From contig CBFIET010000175.1 in assembly GCA_965661685.1 (NCBI GenBank), positions 20,160 to 84,159 on the forward strand: 64,000 nt of DNA, written 5' to 3'. Shown in pieces: positions 16,837-26,535 of the stretch. The translations under genes were made by a program, and so were the position numbers. Position 1 is the stretch's first letter, and each line of letters opens with the position of its first letter. The stretch comes from Planctomycetota bacterium (GTDB lineage: Bacteria; Planctomycetota; UBA8108; UBA1146). The notes under the pieces were generated by a model. That model was not told the DNA's origin. It searched no databases and was given only the letters and a program-made list of their open reading frames with translations.

Positions 16837-18258
16837 TCAGTCGACCCTCTGAAGAGTCAGTTGCCCATCGATCGCCAGCGGGACGATTCCCTGTGCGGGA
16901 TCCGCCACCACCAGTAGATCATTGGAAGTGTTGGTGACCGGAGTATCCTCGACCCATGTCAACGGAGTCACCACCGGTCCAGCGACACCGATGAACGCCG
17001 ACTCGACGGTGTTGTAATCTACCGATACCAGCTCCGTCTCCACCGGGAACTGCAAGATCGTCAACTCGGTGAAGGAGAAGATCGCTCCCACGATGATCTC
17101 ATCGCTCTCCAGTTGGGTAGTCCAGAAGGTCGGACCGGTTCCTGAATTGAGTCCCTGGATGATGGGTGCAGCGGTGACGGCAGACGCTTCGAGAAGCAGC
17201 GGATCGTGGGCCATTGCAAAGTTGAATCCTGCCAGCCAGGTGGGATAGGTCGGGTTTCCTGAATCCTCTTCCAGGGACAGCCCTACCTGCGCCTGCCCGA
17301 TTCCTGTGATTCCGGAAAAGGTGCCCGTTGCCGAACTCACGCTGTAGGTAAAGACCGGATCAATTCGGATCCGTAGATCGAATGCGGTTGATCCCGAGAC
17401 ATTGGAGGCAGTGATGGTGTGAGTGGCATCGTAACCCTCCTCCGTTGCCATTCCCGAGATGACTCCGCTCGATGCATCGATCTGTATTCCCGTTGGAAGT
17501 GGAGGAGTGATTTGCCACAGAGCAACGGGTCCACAGTTGACCGAGGGTGACAGCGGAGTGAGAGAAACATTCGCCGGTACGATGACGAAATCCACCGCAT
17601 AAGTCAGGTTACATGGAGCCTGTGGATTGATCAGGATGTTGATGGTGAAGGTGGTCGAGCCGAACGCACTGGAAGCCGTGATGATATGGTCGGTGGCGGC
17701 AGTGGCCAGGGTGGGTGTGCCTGAGATGGTGCCATCCGCCGGAGAAATCGATAGCCCCGTCGGAAGTGCCGGAGCGACAGCCCAGTCGCTGACCACACCA
17801 CAACCGGTAGTGGGAACCAACGGGGTCAGAACCTCTCCTACCGTCAATACGAGGGCGGAGGAGGAATACTGCAGATCACAGGGTCCCTCCGGATTGATCA
17901 AGATGTTGATGGTGAAGGTGGTCGATCCGGTGACGTTGGAGGCAGTGATGATGTAGTCAGTGGCGGCAGTGGAGGTGGTAGGGATTCCAGAGATGGTGCC
18001 ATCCGCCGGAGAAATCGACAGCCCAGCCGGAAGTGCTGGATCGACGGCCCAGTCGCTGGCCACGCCGCAACCGGTGGTGGGGACCAGCGGAATCAGACTC
18101 TCCCCGACCGTCAAGACGACGACCGCAGAGGAATACAGAAGATCACATGGAGCTTCCGCCGTGGAGGACGAACCACCGCTGCCACAGCCACTCAACAGAA
18201 GCAAACTCAACACGATTCCCGAAGTTCGACGGATCAAGACAACACCTCCAACCACCAC
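16837..18258 (-). CDS. Cell-surface lipoprotein with three tandem putative-Ig (dystroglycan/cadherin-like) domains and a C-terminal domain
   Basis: Lipobox LLLLSGCGSG. Three 89-aa units each contain TGLSISPADGTISGTPT and end INILINP. Confidence 0.7.
   Translation of the reverse strand: MVVGGVVLIRRTSGIVLSLLLLSGCGSGGSSSTAEAPCDLLYSSAVVVLTVGESLIPLVPTTGCGVASDWAVDPALPAGLSISPADGTISGIPTTSTAATDYIITASNVTGSTTFTINILINPEGPCDLQYSSSALVLTVGEVLTPLVPTTGCGVVSDWAVAPALPTGLSISPADGTISGTPTLATAATDHIITASSAFGSTTFTINILINPQAPCNLTYAVDFVIVPANVSLTPLSPSVNCGPVALWQITPPLPTGIQIDASSGVISGMATEEGYDATHTITASNVSGSTAFDLRIRIDPVFTYSVSSATGTFSGITGIGQAQVGLSLEEDSGNPTYPTWLAGFNFAMAHDPLLLEASAVTAAPIIQGLNSGTGPTFWTTQLESDEIIVGAIFSFTELTILQFPVETELVSVDYNTVESAFIGVAGPVVTPLTWVEDTPVTNTSNDLLVVADPAQGIVPLAIDGQLTLQRVD
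17350..18150. repeat. 267-bp tandem repeat array (three copies) inside the Ig-domain gene
   Basis: Copies 1 and 2 are about 80% identical at the protein level; copy 3 is more diverged. The plus-strand ORFs 17627..17956 and 17960..18616 are near-duplicates of each other, reflecting the same DNA repeat. Confidence 0.7.
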
Positions 18259-18310
18259 TATTTCACATCTAGGGAGTCTCGGCGAGACCTACTTAGAGAA
18301 CAGGCCTCGA

Positions 18311-19351
18311 CTATTCTTGTCCGGAGCACTCGAGAATCGGCTTGAGAACCTCCTGGCGCTCCGCCTCCTCGAATGCTGCGATCCCCGCTTCCAGAGGATA
18401 GGAGCGAATCAAGTCAGCGACCGGAATCTCACCTCCGTGCAATGCATCGATGGCTCGCTGATAGTTTGGCTTCGCCGAGGCGTAACTGGTACGGATGTCG
18501 ATCTGGTTTCTGACCAGGATGTTGAAATCGATCGTCACTTCCTGCGGGTAGAGAGCAACGACGCAAATCGTTCCATCCGGACGCACGATACCGGTCGCCT
18601 CCTCCAGTACCCGTGAGGATCCGGAAGCATCGACGATCACATCCACCTGCTGGCCACCGAGCTGATCGGTGAGGGTTCGATGATTCCCCCCCACCGTCAT
18701 CGTCTCGAATCCGATCTTGTTTGCGATGGCAAGTCTCACCGGTTCATCCGCTTCCAGTCCGGTGACGACTACATCTGCACCGCGTTGTCTGGCCATCAAC
18801 GCACACAGGATACCGATCACTCCTGGACCACAGACCACTACACGGTCACCAGTCTCGATCTCCGAACAGTCGTGGATGCAATGATCCGCAACCGAGAGAG
18901 GTTCCGTCAGTGAAGCTGCTGTGGTGGCGAGGCCTTCAGGGAGGGGCAACAGGTAGTGATCATCGACGACCACCTTTTCCGCCATTCCTCCATCGAGGTG
19001 CAGGCCTTGTACTCGTCGATCTGGACACAACTGCGTCAGTCCCTGGGAGCAATATCTACACCCCTGGGCCAGGCATCCCTGCAATGCGATCATGGTGGCG
19101 GTTTGCCCCTTACTCCAGCGATCGACTCCCTCTCCCCACTCGACAACCACTCCGGCCCACTCGTGACCGAGCGTCACCTGCGGCAGTACCGACTCGTACC
19201 CCTTGTGATTGAGATAGACGTGAAGATCGCTGCCACAGACCCCGCAATGTCGCACCTCGAGCAGAACCTGCCCCGGCCCTGGCGTCGGATCTTCGATTTC
19301 TTCCAGTGCTACCGCTCGCTCCGCCCGTGACTGTCTCCGAAGTGCCTTCAT
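18311..19351 (-). CDS. Zn-dependent alcohol/polyol dehydrogenase (MDR family, sorbitol/threonine-DH-like)
   Basis: CGVCGSDLHVY, GHEWAGVVVEWGEGV, NAD-binding VCGPGVIGILCALMA. Confidence 0.85.
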   Translation of the reverse strand: MKALRRQSRAERAVALEEIEDPTPGPGQVLLEVRHCGVCGSDLHVYLNHKGYESVLPQVTLGHEWAGVVVEWGEGVDRWSKGQTATMIALQGCLAQGCRYCSQGLTQLCPDRRVQGLHLDGGMAEKVVVDDHYLLPLPEGLATTAASLTEPLSVADHCIHDCSEIETGDRVVVCGPGVIGILCALMARQRGADVVVTGLEADEPVRLAIANKIGFETMTVGGNHRTLTDQLGGQQVDVIVDASGSSRVLEEATGIVRPDGTICVVALYPQEVTIDFNILVRNQIDIRTSYASAKPNYQRAIDALHGGEIPVADLIRSYPLEAGIAAFEEAERQEVLKPILECSGQE

Positions 19352-19531
19352 CGTCTCCTCCAGTACATATGTGGGTTACCCGCTTGAAGATATCGCCTAC
19401 TCCCCTTGCCGCAATCGAGTCCCTTCGAAGTCGAAGACTTGAAGATAGCATTTGACCCCTATTGTCCTGCGGTTTACGAAGGAATACGGAGTGAGAGACT
19501 CGAGGCAAACCTACATCAAGAGAGGTGTCAC

Positions 19532-20461
19532 ATGAAAAGAATTTCCATCGGATCCTGGGCCTACACCATCGGTCCTTATGAAAAAGAACCGGTCGATTTT
19601 TTCACCGTGTGCGAGAAGCTCAAGGACCTCGGTTTTGATGGGGTGGAGTTAGGTGGCTTTCCACCACATCCCAATCCAGATGACATCAAGGACTGCACCG
19701 TCAGGCAGGAGATCGCAGCCAGGGTCAGGGGAATGGGGCTCGATTTCAGCGGACTTGCTGCGAACCTCTGGGGTGAGCATCTCATCGATACCGATGATCC
19801 CGGTGGATATATCTCGGAGTTCACCAAGAACTGTGATTTCTGCACAGACATGGGAATCAAGACGATCCGTGTCGACACGGTGCAACCTCCAACCATCTTC
19901 GACAGCGTTGACCGGGAGACCGCCTTGCGCCGGGTCGTTTCTACGTGGAAAGAATGCTGCACCGTTGCGGCTGGCCATGGCTTACAGGTCACCTGGGAAT
20001 TTGAACCCGGGTTCGCCTTCAACAAGCCAAGCGATGTGGTCGAGATCCTGGATGCCATTCCCGCAGAGAACTTCGGAGTGATGTACGACACCTGCCACGG
20101 CCAGATGGTTGCCGTCGTGGGCGCCAGACAACCCGGTGAAAAAGAAGTGCTTGAGGGTGGGCAACTGGAACTTATCCAGATGCTCAGCGGTCGGATCAAC
20201 CATATCCATCTCATCGATTCCGACAACAGTTGCCACAAGGCTGCCGACGGCTCCGATGAAACATCAAGCCATCCTCCGTTCGGTCTCGGCATCCTCGATT
20301 TCGATTCGATCATGCCTGCACTCACCAGGGAGAAACTCCCTCATGACTGGTGGACCATCGATCTGTGTTTCTGGCCCGATGCCTGGCAAGCAACTGCCAG
20401 CTGCAAGGCGTCCATCGATGAGCTGAACTCCCGATACGGGATGAAAGAGGAGGCGCGATGA
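19532..20461 (+). CDS. Sugar phosphate isomerase/epimerase (xylose-isomerase-like TIM barrel)
   Basis: Start [40 protein letters not shown]. Its stop overlaps the next start (ATGA). Confidence 0.8.
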   Translation: MKRISIGSWAYTIGPYEKEPVDFFTVCEKLKDLGFDGVELGGFPPHPNPDDIKDCTVRQEIAARVRGMGLDFSGLAANLWGEHLIDTDDPGGYISEFTKNCDFCTDMGIKTIRVDTVQPPTIFDSVDRETALRRVVSTWKECCTVAAGHGLQVTWEFEPGFAFNKPSDVVEILDAIPAENFGVMYDTCHGQMVAVVGARQPGEKEVLEGGQLELIQMLSGRINHIHLIDSDNSCHKAADGSDETSSHPPFGLGILDFDSIMPALTREKLPHDWWTIDLCFWPDAWQATASCKASIDELNSRYGMKEEAR

Positions 20462-21615
20462 AGGACCTCAGGATCGGCATGATCGGGTACGGATTCATGG
20501 GTAAGGCGCACTCCAACGCCTACCAGAAGGTAAACAGGTTCTTTGAACTCCAGACTCGACCGGTCCTCCAGGCCCTCTGTGCAAGAGATCAGGAAATCGC
20601 CGGCCAGTTCGCCAGCAACTGGGGATACCAGTCGGTTGAATCGGACTGGCGTGCGCTCATCGAGAGAGATGACATCGATGCCATCGATATCTGCGTCCCG
20701 AACCACCTGCACAGGGAGATCGCTGTCGCCGCTGCCGAGGCGGGGAAGTGGGTTCTGTGCGAGAAACCTCTCTCGATGAATGTAGAGGAAGCCGTCGAGA
20801 TGACGGAGGCGGTCGAGAAAGCCGGCGTTCCAAACATGGTGTGGTTCAACTACCGGAGAGTTCCCTCCATCGCACTGGCCAAGCAAATGGTCGATGAAAA
20901 CCGTATCGGAAAACCATTTCATTACCGTGCCACTTACTTGCAAGACTGGACCATCGCCGAAGATGTTCCGCAGGGTGGTGCCACCCTCTGGCGACTTGAC
21001 GTCGATGCAGCGGGATCAGGAGTCACCGGTGATCTTCTCGCTCATTCCATCGATACTGCGATGTGGCTCAATGGTCCCATCACCCGGGTCGTGGCAGATA
21101 CCGAGACCTTCGTTCGACAGCGAGTCCATCAGGAGACCGGTGATGTGCAGCCTGTCGGAATCGATGATGCATGCATGTTCCTGGCCCGATTCCAGAACGG
21201 ATCGATGGGTACCTTTGAATCGACTCGATACGCCCGTGGTCGAAAGAACTTCAACACCTTTGAACTGAACGGTCAGGACGGTTCAGTTCACTTCGACCTT
21301 GAGGATCCCCAGTATCTCGATTTCTTCGAGCACAGCAGGCCATCGGATGGGGAAAAGGTCGAGGACCATCTGACCGGTTGGAGAAGGATCCACACTACAA
21401 ACTTCGAGCACCCCTACATGGATCGGTGGTGGGTGCCCGGCTGCACCATTGGTTACGAGCACACCTTCATCAATGCCCTTGCGGACTTCCTGCAGGGAGT
21501 GGAGAAGGGCGAGGCGAGTCAGCCAGACTTCCGCTGTGCCCTGCAGACACAGAAGGTCTGCGATGCAGTGCTGGAATCGGCTCGAAGCGGCCAGTGGTGC
21601 GAAATTTCCAGCTGA
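20458..21615 (+). CDS. Gfo/Idh/MocA-family NAD(P)-dependent oxidoreductase
   Basis: [22 protein letters not shown]...[28 protein letters not shown]. Confidence 0.85.
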   Translation: MKDLRIGMIGYGFMGKAHSNAYQKVNRFFELQTRPVLQALCARDQEIAGQFASNWGYQSVESDWRALIERDDIDAIDICVPNHLHREIAVAAAEAGKWVLCEKPLSMNVEEAVEMTEAVEKAGVPNMVWFNYRRVPSIALAKQMVDENRIGKPFHYRATYLQDWTIAEDVPQGGATLWRLDVDAAGSGVTGDLLAHSIDTAMWLNGPITRVVADTETFVRQRVHQETGDVQPVGIDDACMFLARFQNGSMGTFESTRYARGRKNFNTFELNGQDGSVHFDLEDPQYLDFFEHSRPSDGEKVEDHLTGWRRIHTTNFEHPYMDRWWVPGCTIGYEHTFINALADFLQGVEKGEASQPDFRCALQTQKVCDAVLESARSGQWCEISS

Positions 21616-21618
21616 ACT

Positions 21619-22560
21619 CTATCCGCGAACATCGCAGATGCGGACCGCTTCGGCGAGACTGGTAAGGGGATCCCCGGTGGGAAGAAATTCTTGCCCCACG
21701 TACCCCGAGTAGCCGATCTCGACGAGCGCTTCCATCACTGCCTTGTAATAGATCTCCTGCCCCTGGCCGATCTCGTTTCGCCCGGGATTTCCCGCAACGT
21801 GAACATGGCCCAGTAGATCCTTGTACTGTCGTAATCGTCGAATCACATCACCGTTCATGATCTGGATGTGATACACATCGAATAGCAGTTTCAGATTCTT
21901 GGAGTCTACCTTTCGGATGATGTCGACAACATACTCGGTGTCATCCCCCATGTAGCCCGGGTGACCTTTCATCGGATGGGTATCATCACGAGTGTTTAGC
22001 ACTTCAAGACAGAGCGTGACGTTTTTCTTCTCGGCATGATCGATGATCTTCTTGAAGCCCTCGACGCAATTTTTTGCGCCTTCTTCCTTCGACATCCCAT
22101 CATTCATCCCGGTGAATGCGATGACATTCGGGAAACCGTACTCAGAACAGGCATCGATACTGTCTCGAGTCGCCTTCAGGAGTTTCTCGTGGTGCTTCGG
22201 ATTGTTCCAGCCCTTGACGAAGGGTGGATCAGGGGCCATGTCGATCTGGCCGATGGCACACACCAGGCCTTTTTCCTTGAGAAGAGGGAAGTACTTCGGA
22301 TCGATCAATTCGACACTGGTGCAGCCATGGATCGACAGATCCACTGCGTACTCGATGGTTTGCTCGACGCTCCAGTACTCGGAGAAACACCAGTGGGCGA
22401 TCGATTGCTGAATACTACTGCCGTCACCCCGGGACAAAGGTGCTGCGGCCGCTTCCTTGCTCCACGGAACCGAGGACAGGACCGCTGCTGCGGCAGCCCC
22501 CTTGAGAAGTTGTCGACGGTCCACCATTTCGCGACCGGGTGTGTGATCCTGTTGATTCAT
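21619..22560 (-). CDS. Tat-exported xylose-isomerase-like TIM-barrel protein (hydroxypyruvate-isomerase-like)
   Basis: Start MNQQDHTPGREMVDRRQLLKGAAAAAVLSS (twin-arginine signal). The TIM-barrel core is LCLEVLN...FDVYHIQIMNGD...HVHVAG. Confidence 0.75.
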   Translation of the reverse strand: MNQQDHTPGREMVDRRQLLKGAAAAAVLSSVPWSKEAAAAPLSRGDGSSIQQSIAHWCFSEYWSVEQTIEYAVDLSIHGCTSVELIDPKYFPLLKEKGLVCAIGQIDMAPDPPFVKGWNNPKHHEKLLKATRDSIDACSEYGFPNVIAFTGMNDGMSKEEGAKNCVEGFKKIIDHAEKKNVTLCLEVLNTRDDTHPMKGHPGYMGDDTEYVVDIIRKVDSKNLKLLFDVYHIQIMNGDVIRRLRQYKDLLGHVHVAGNPGRNEIGQGQEIYYKAVMEALVEIGYSGYVGQEFLPTGDPLTSLAEAVRICDVRG

Positions 22561-22728
22561 CCGGGGCTCCTTCCTGTTGGGGTCAAGTACCTTCCCCTTC
22601 AACATAGGAGTCGATGCGCCCCTCGGCAATGAGGATCCTCTCAGGTGACATTTCCATGCCTTCCCATCCCTCGATATACTGACCGCTCGTCACGATTCAG
22701 TCTTCTCGAGCAGATAGGTACTCTTTCC

Positions 22729-24300
22729 ATGACCAATTCACAGCAGGCTCGATCTTTCGATGAACTCGCGATTCGCGTCCACCCCGACGACAATGTTGCG
22801 GTGATCAAGTTTGGATTCGAAGCGGAAACCACTCTTTCAATACCGGGTGCTGAAGATCTCAAGGTTACGGGAACACCCACCGCTGGACATCGATTCGCGC
22901 TGACCGACATCGGCGAGGATGCGCCGGTGATTCAGTACGGCCAACCCATCGGAAAATCCCGAGGAATCCAGGCCGGAGAGGTCGTCACTCCATCGAACAT
23001 GAGTAATGACGTTCCTGTTGTGAGGGTGATTCCGGATGAATTCTCGGGATCCGAAACCGAATACCTGGCGAAAGAGGATGTCCCGACCTTTCAAGGCTTC
23101 CGAAGAGCCGATGGAAGGGTCGGAACCAGAAATCACATTCTCATCGTTCCGACCAGCATGTGTGCCAGCCATGAAGCTCAACAGATCTCGATCATCGCTG
23201 AACACACTCTTCACGACAGGGAGAAGTTTCCCAATGTCGATGGAGTCGTTGGAATTCCGCACAACAAAGGCTGTGGTTGTTCCGATGGTAGCAATCTCGA
23301 GGTAACCCTTCGCACCCTTGCCAACTATGCAGCTCATCCCAATGTCGGTGCTGTCGTCATGATCGAACTCGGTTGTGAAAAAACGAATCTATCCAAGATG
23401 GAAGAATATCTGAGCCAGAGAGGTATGGAGGGATTCGGAAAGCCAATTCACTGGCTAGGAGTCCAGGCTGCAGGAGGCACCGCACAGGTGGTCAGCCAGG
23501 GGCTCGCTGCAGTGAAGGAGTTACTGCCTCAGGTGAATGAAGCTCAACGCGAGGAGATTCCTGCCAGCGAGATCGTGCTGGCACTCGAGTGTGGTGGTTC
23601 TGACGGATTTTCCGGACTCTCGGCAAATCCGGCACTGGGCCACGCTGCCGACCAGATCGTCCGCTGCGGAGGAACCGTGATCCTCAGTGAAGTACCGGAG
23701 TTCTGCGGTGCTGAGCACGTCCTTGCGCACCGATCGAAAGATGCCGAGATCGCTCGGGAAGTCTACGATCTGGTCGACTGGTACAAGCAGTACGCAGCGA
23801 CGGTCGGTACTCTCCTCGACGACAATCCTAGCCCGGGCAATATCGAGGGCGGCTTGCTCAACATCACCATCAAGTCGCTGGGAGCCATCGCCAAGGGGGG
23901 AACCACCCGGGTCGAGGGGACCACCGGATACTCGGAACCACCCGGTGGACGTGGACTGCAGTTGATGCAAGGTCCTGGCTATGACCAGGAATCGGTTCCT
24001 GGCATGGTCGCAGGCGGTGCCAACATGGTCGTCTTCACCACCGGAAGGGGAACCACCATCGGCAACGCCATCTGTCCTGTGCTGAAACTGGCCTCCAACA
24101 CACCTGTGTTTGAACGGATGCCAGGTGACATCGATCTGAATGCAGGATCCATCATCGATGGAACCGAATCGATTCCTGAAGTGGGCCAGAGAGTCTTCGA
24201 TAAAGTCCTCGAGGTTGCAGGTGGAAAGTCACTCGCCCATGCTGAGGTTCATAAGCACAGAGAATTCCAGATCTGGGCGGAGCAATCGGTCTCACTTTGA
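22729..24300 (+). CDS. uxaA: Altronate/galactarate dehydratase family (UxaA-like; SAF domain plus GD_AH_C)
   Basis: The start MTNSQQARSFDELAIRVHPDDNVAV aligns with UxaA MQYIKIHALDNVAVAL. About 520 aa, colinear with altronate hydrolase. Confidence 0.75.
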   Translation: MTNSQQARSFDELAIRVHPDDNVAVIKFGFEAETTLSIPGAEDLKVTGTPTAGHRFALTDIGEDAPVIQYGQPIGKSRGIQAGEVVTPSNMSNDVPVVRVIPDEFSGSETEYLAKEDVPTFQGFRRADGRVGTRNHILIVPTSMCASHEAQQISIIAEHTLHDREKFPNVDGVVGIPHNKGCGCSDGSNLEVTLRTLANYAAHPNVGAVVMIELGCEKTNLSKMEEYLSQRGMEGFGKPIHWLGVQAAGGTAQVVSQGLAAVKELLPQVNEAQREEIPASEIVLALECGGSDGFSGLSANPALGHAADQIVRCGGTVILSEVPEFCGAEHVLAHRSKDAEIAREVYDLVDWYKQYAATVGTLLDDNPSPGNIEGGLLNITIKSLGAIAKGGTTRVEGTTGYSEPPGGRGLQLMQGPGYDQESVPGMVAGGANMVVFTTGRGTTIGNAICPVLKLASNTPVFERMPGDIDLNAGSIIDGTESIPEVGQRVFDKVLEVAGGKSLAHAEVHKHREFQIWAEQSVSL

Positions 24301-24342
24301 GATGTAATCTATAAACGACGTACTGAAGAAACAAAGGGGTCG

Positions 24343-25506
24343 ATGAGCAATTCAAAGATGATGAGAGCCAGCGTCCTTGAAGCGACCAGGACGATGAAGA
24401 TCAGGGACGTCCCGCTTCCCGTCATGGGCCACGGAGATGCGATGATCCGCGTAGATGCCGTCGGACTCTGTGGATCTGACTATCACATCTATACCGGCGA
24501 GGCGAACTATCACGTCGACGAACGAGGGCTACCTGTCTCCCTGGAGGATCACCCACAAATTCTCGGACACGAGGTGACCGGGACCATCGTCGATGTCGGG
24601 CACGAGGTCTCCGATCTCGAAGTTGGCGACCGGGTCGTCATCGACCAGGGGCTCAGTTGTGTCAGCGATGGGAAAGAACACCTCTGTGAGTACTGTGCCA
24701 GCGGATTCTCCCACCAGTGCGAATGGTACCGGGAATTCGGTATCACCGGACTTCCAGGAGGCCTTGCAGAGTTCATCTCCGTACCATCTGTGAATCTCAT
24801 CAAGGTGTTGTCAGATCGACCTGCCATCGAAACCGTGATGACGGAGCCTCTTGCTTGTGTTCTTCATTCACTTGAAACGGTAATCAATACCAATAGCCGC
24901 TACCGGATCGATGCAAAAGATCCCGCCGACCGAGTGCGTTGTGTTCTGATCTGCGGAGCGGGCCCTGCAGGACTTCTTTTCATCCAGACATTGCGAAACC
25001 ATTACGGCTACCAGGGTGATCTCGTGGTTAGCGAACCCGACCCCGCCAAACGTGAGATGGCCAGAAGGTATGGTGCCGAGACGGTGGATCCCACCGGTTG
25101 TGATCTCATCGATGAAATACTGACGCGTACTGGTGGACGACGGGTAGAACTCTTCATCGATGCTGCAGGAGTAGGTGTGATCTTCACACAGATCCCTGCG
25201 TTGATTCGCACTCAGGCTACCGTCTTGATGTATGCGCACGGTCACGCCGGAGTCAGCTTGGAGGTGATGAATGCGGTTCAATTTCGCGTTCCAACGTTGC
25301 TCTGTCCCTGCGGAGCTTCCGGTGGATTCGATGCAGATGGTCGCCCCACCATCTATCGCAAATCACTGAGGCTGATCGAGGATGGCTCCATCGACGTGGC
25401 CAGTCTCGTCACCCATGTCGAAGATGGTCTCGAGTCAGTCCCCGGGAGTTTCGATCAGAGCTACGGATCTCCTGGATACATCAAGGCGGTGACGAGGATT
25501 CGGTGA
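24343..25506 (+). CDS. Zn-dependent alcohol dehydrogenase (MDR family)
   Basis: GLCGSDYHIYTG, GHEVTGTIVDVGHEV, C-x-x-C-x-x-C structural zinc site (EHLCEYCASGFSHQCEW), and LICGAGPAGL. Confidence 0.85.
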   Translation: MSNSKMMRASVLEATRTMKIRDVPLPVMGHGDAMIRVDAVGLCGSDYHIYTGEANYHVDERGLPVSLEDHPQILGHEVTGTIVDVGHEVSDLEVGDRVVIDQGLSCVSDGKEHLCEYCASGFSHQCEWYREFGITGLPGGLAEFISVPSVNLIKVLSDRPAIETVMTEPLACVLHSLETVINTNSRYRIDAKDPADRVRCVLICGAGPAGLLFIQTLRNHYGYQGDLVVSEPDPAKREMARRYGAETVDPTGCDLIDEILTRTGGRRVELFIDAAGVGVIFTQIPALIRTQATVLMYAHGHAGVSLEVMNAVQFRVPTLLCPCGASGGFDADGRPTIYRKSLRLIEDGSIDVASLVTHVEDGLESVPGSFDQSYGSPGYIKAVTRIR

Positions 25507-25662
25507 GACCAACCACTCCCTGAAATTCAACCAAAACAACTATCGAATTTGATTCAATTCGCTCAATGTTTTGAACTGGGTCTCCCTAAGTGCCTTTTTT
25601 TGATAACTTTATGATTTCAATCAAATCCTATCATCCTCTTATTTCGCCTATATTATTGGGGC
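25507..25662. promoter_or_regulatory. AT-rich promoter/operator region upstream of the MerR/B12-domain regulator
   Basis: 156 bp with a sharp GC drop (ttgattcaattcgctcaatgttttgaac...tttgataactttatgatttcaatcaaatcc). MerR-type regulators usually autoregulate from such sites. Confidence 0.45.
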
Positions 25663-26535
25663 ATGAATATGTACGTGAACCCGAGAACTCTCTCCGATGC
25701 GTTTGGTGTCAGCACCTCGACCCTGCGGCGCTGGTCCGACAGTGGCATCCTCAAGGCTGGCAGAACCGCCGGCGGACATCGTCGCTACACCATCTCCGAG
25801 GCAGTGAACCTTGCGCGCACCCAGAAGATCTCCATCAAGAACCCTGCTCTTCTCGGGTTGCCCGAAAGTTTGCCCCCCTCTGGTGATTCCTCGAATGTGC
25901 AGATCAACCAGTTGATGGAAGCACTCGACAAGGACGACTTCCAACCGGTCAGAGATCTGATTCTCGGTTCCTACATCAGTGGAACCTCACTGGTAGACCT
26001 CTTCTCTGACCTGATCGTACCGGTCCTGGCGAAACTGGGAATGGAATGGGAATACATCGGAGATTCCGTGATCGCCAAGGAACACGCCTTTACACAGGTT
26101 CTCCTCGAATCTCTTGGTGCCCTCAAAACACTGATCAAGCCACCGGTGAGCATGAACTTCGCAGCGGGAGGTTCGCCCCCTGGCGATCCTTACCGGATTC
26201 CGACGACTCTTGTTTCACTCACCTTGCAGGACATGGGCTTTCAAGCGATCAATCTCGGCCCTGACTATCCGCTTGAATCGTTTCTCGATTACGCAAATAA
26301 ACACCGCCCGAAACTGATGTGGCTATCAGTGACATCAGAGAGCACGGTTCCGCTGGTGAAGAGAAAGATCTATCCACTGGCTGAGGCGCTGAAAGAAATC
26401 GATGTCCTCCTGGTCGTTGGGGGAAGGCATGCCTTGAGAATCACGAGGAAACCCATCGAAAACGTGGTCGGCTTTCATTCACTCGATAACTTCTGCCAGT
26501 TCATCAAGGGAATGAATCAAGGCATAAAGCGATGA
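25663..26535 (+). CDS. MerR-family HTH regulator with a C-terminal cobalamin-binding-like domain (LitR/CarH-like)
   Basis: N-terminal LSDAFGVSTSTLRRWSDSGILKAGRTAGGHRRY (MerR HTH). The helical-bundle W-x10-EH (WEYIGDSVIAKEH) resembles the CarH Wx9EH motif. The Rossmann-like part ...SPPGDPYRIPTTLVSLTLQDMG shows Tyr where the canonical DxHxxG His would be. Confidence 0.7.
   Translation: MNMYVNPRTLSDAFGVSTSTLRRWSDSGILKAGRTAGGHRRYTISEAVNLARTQKISIKNPALLGLPESLPPSGDSSNVQINQLMEALDKDDFQPVRDLILGSYISGTSLVDLFSDLIVPVLAKLGMEWEYIGDSVIAKEHAFTQVLLESLGALKTLIKPPVSMNFAAGGSPPGDPYRIPTTLVSLTLQDMGFQAINLGPDYPLESFLDYANKHRPKLMWLSVTSESTVPLVKRKIYPLAEALKEIDVLLVVGGRHALRITRKPIENVVGFHSLDNFCQFIKGMNQGIKR

Noticed and set aside
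19576-20943. Minus-strand ORFs 19576..20325 and 20341..20943
   Set aside because: Antisense to the isomerase and Gfo/Idh/MocA genes, with no domain signatures.
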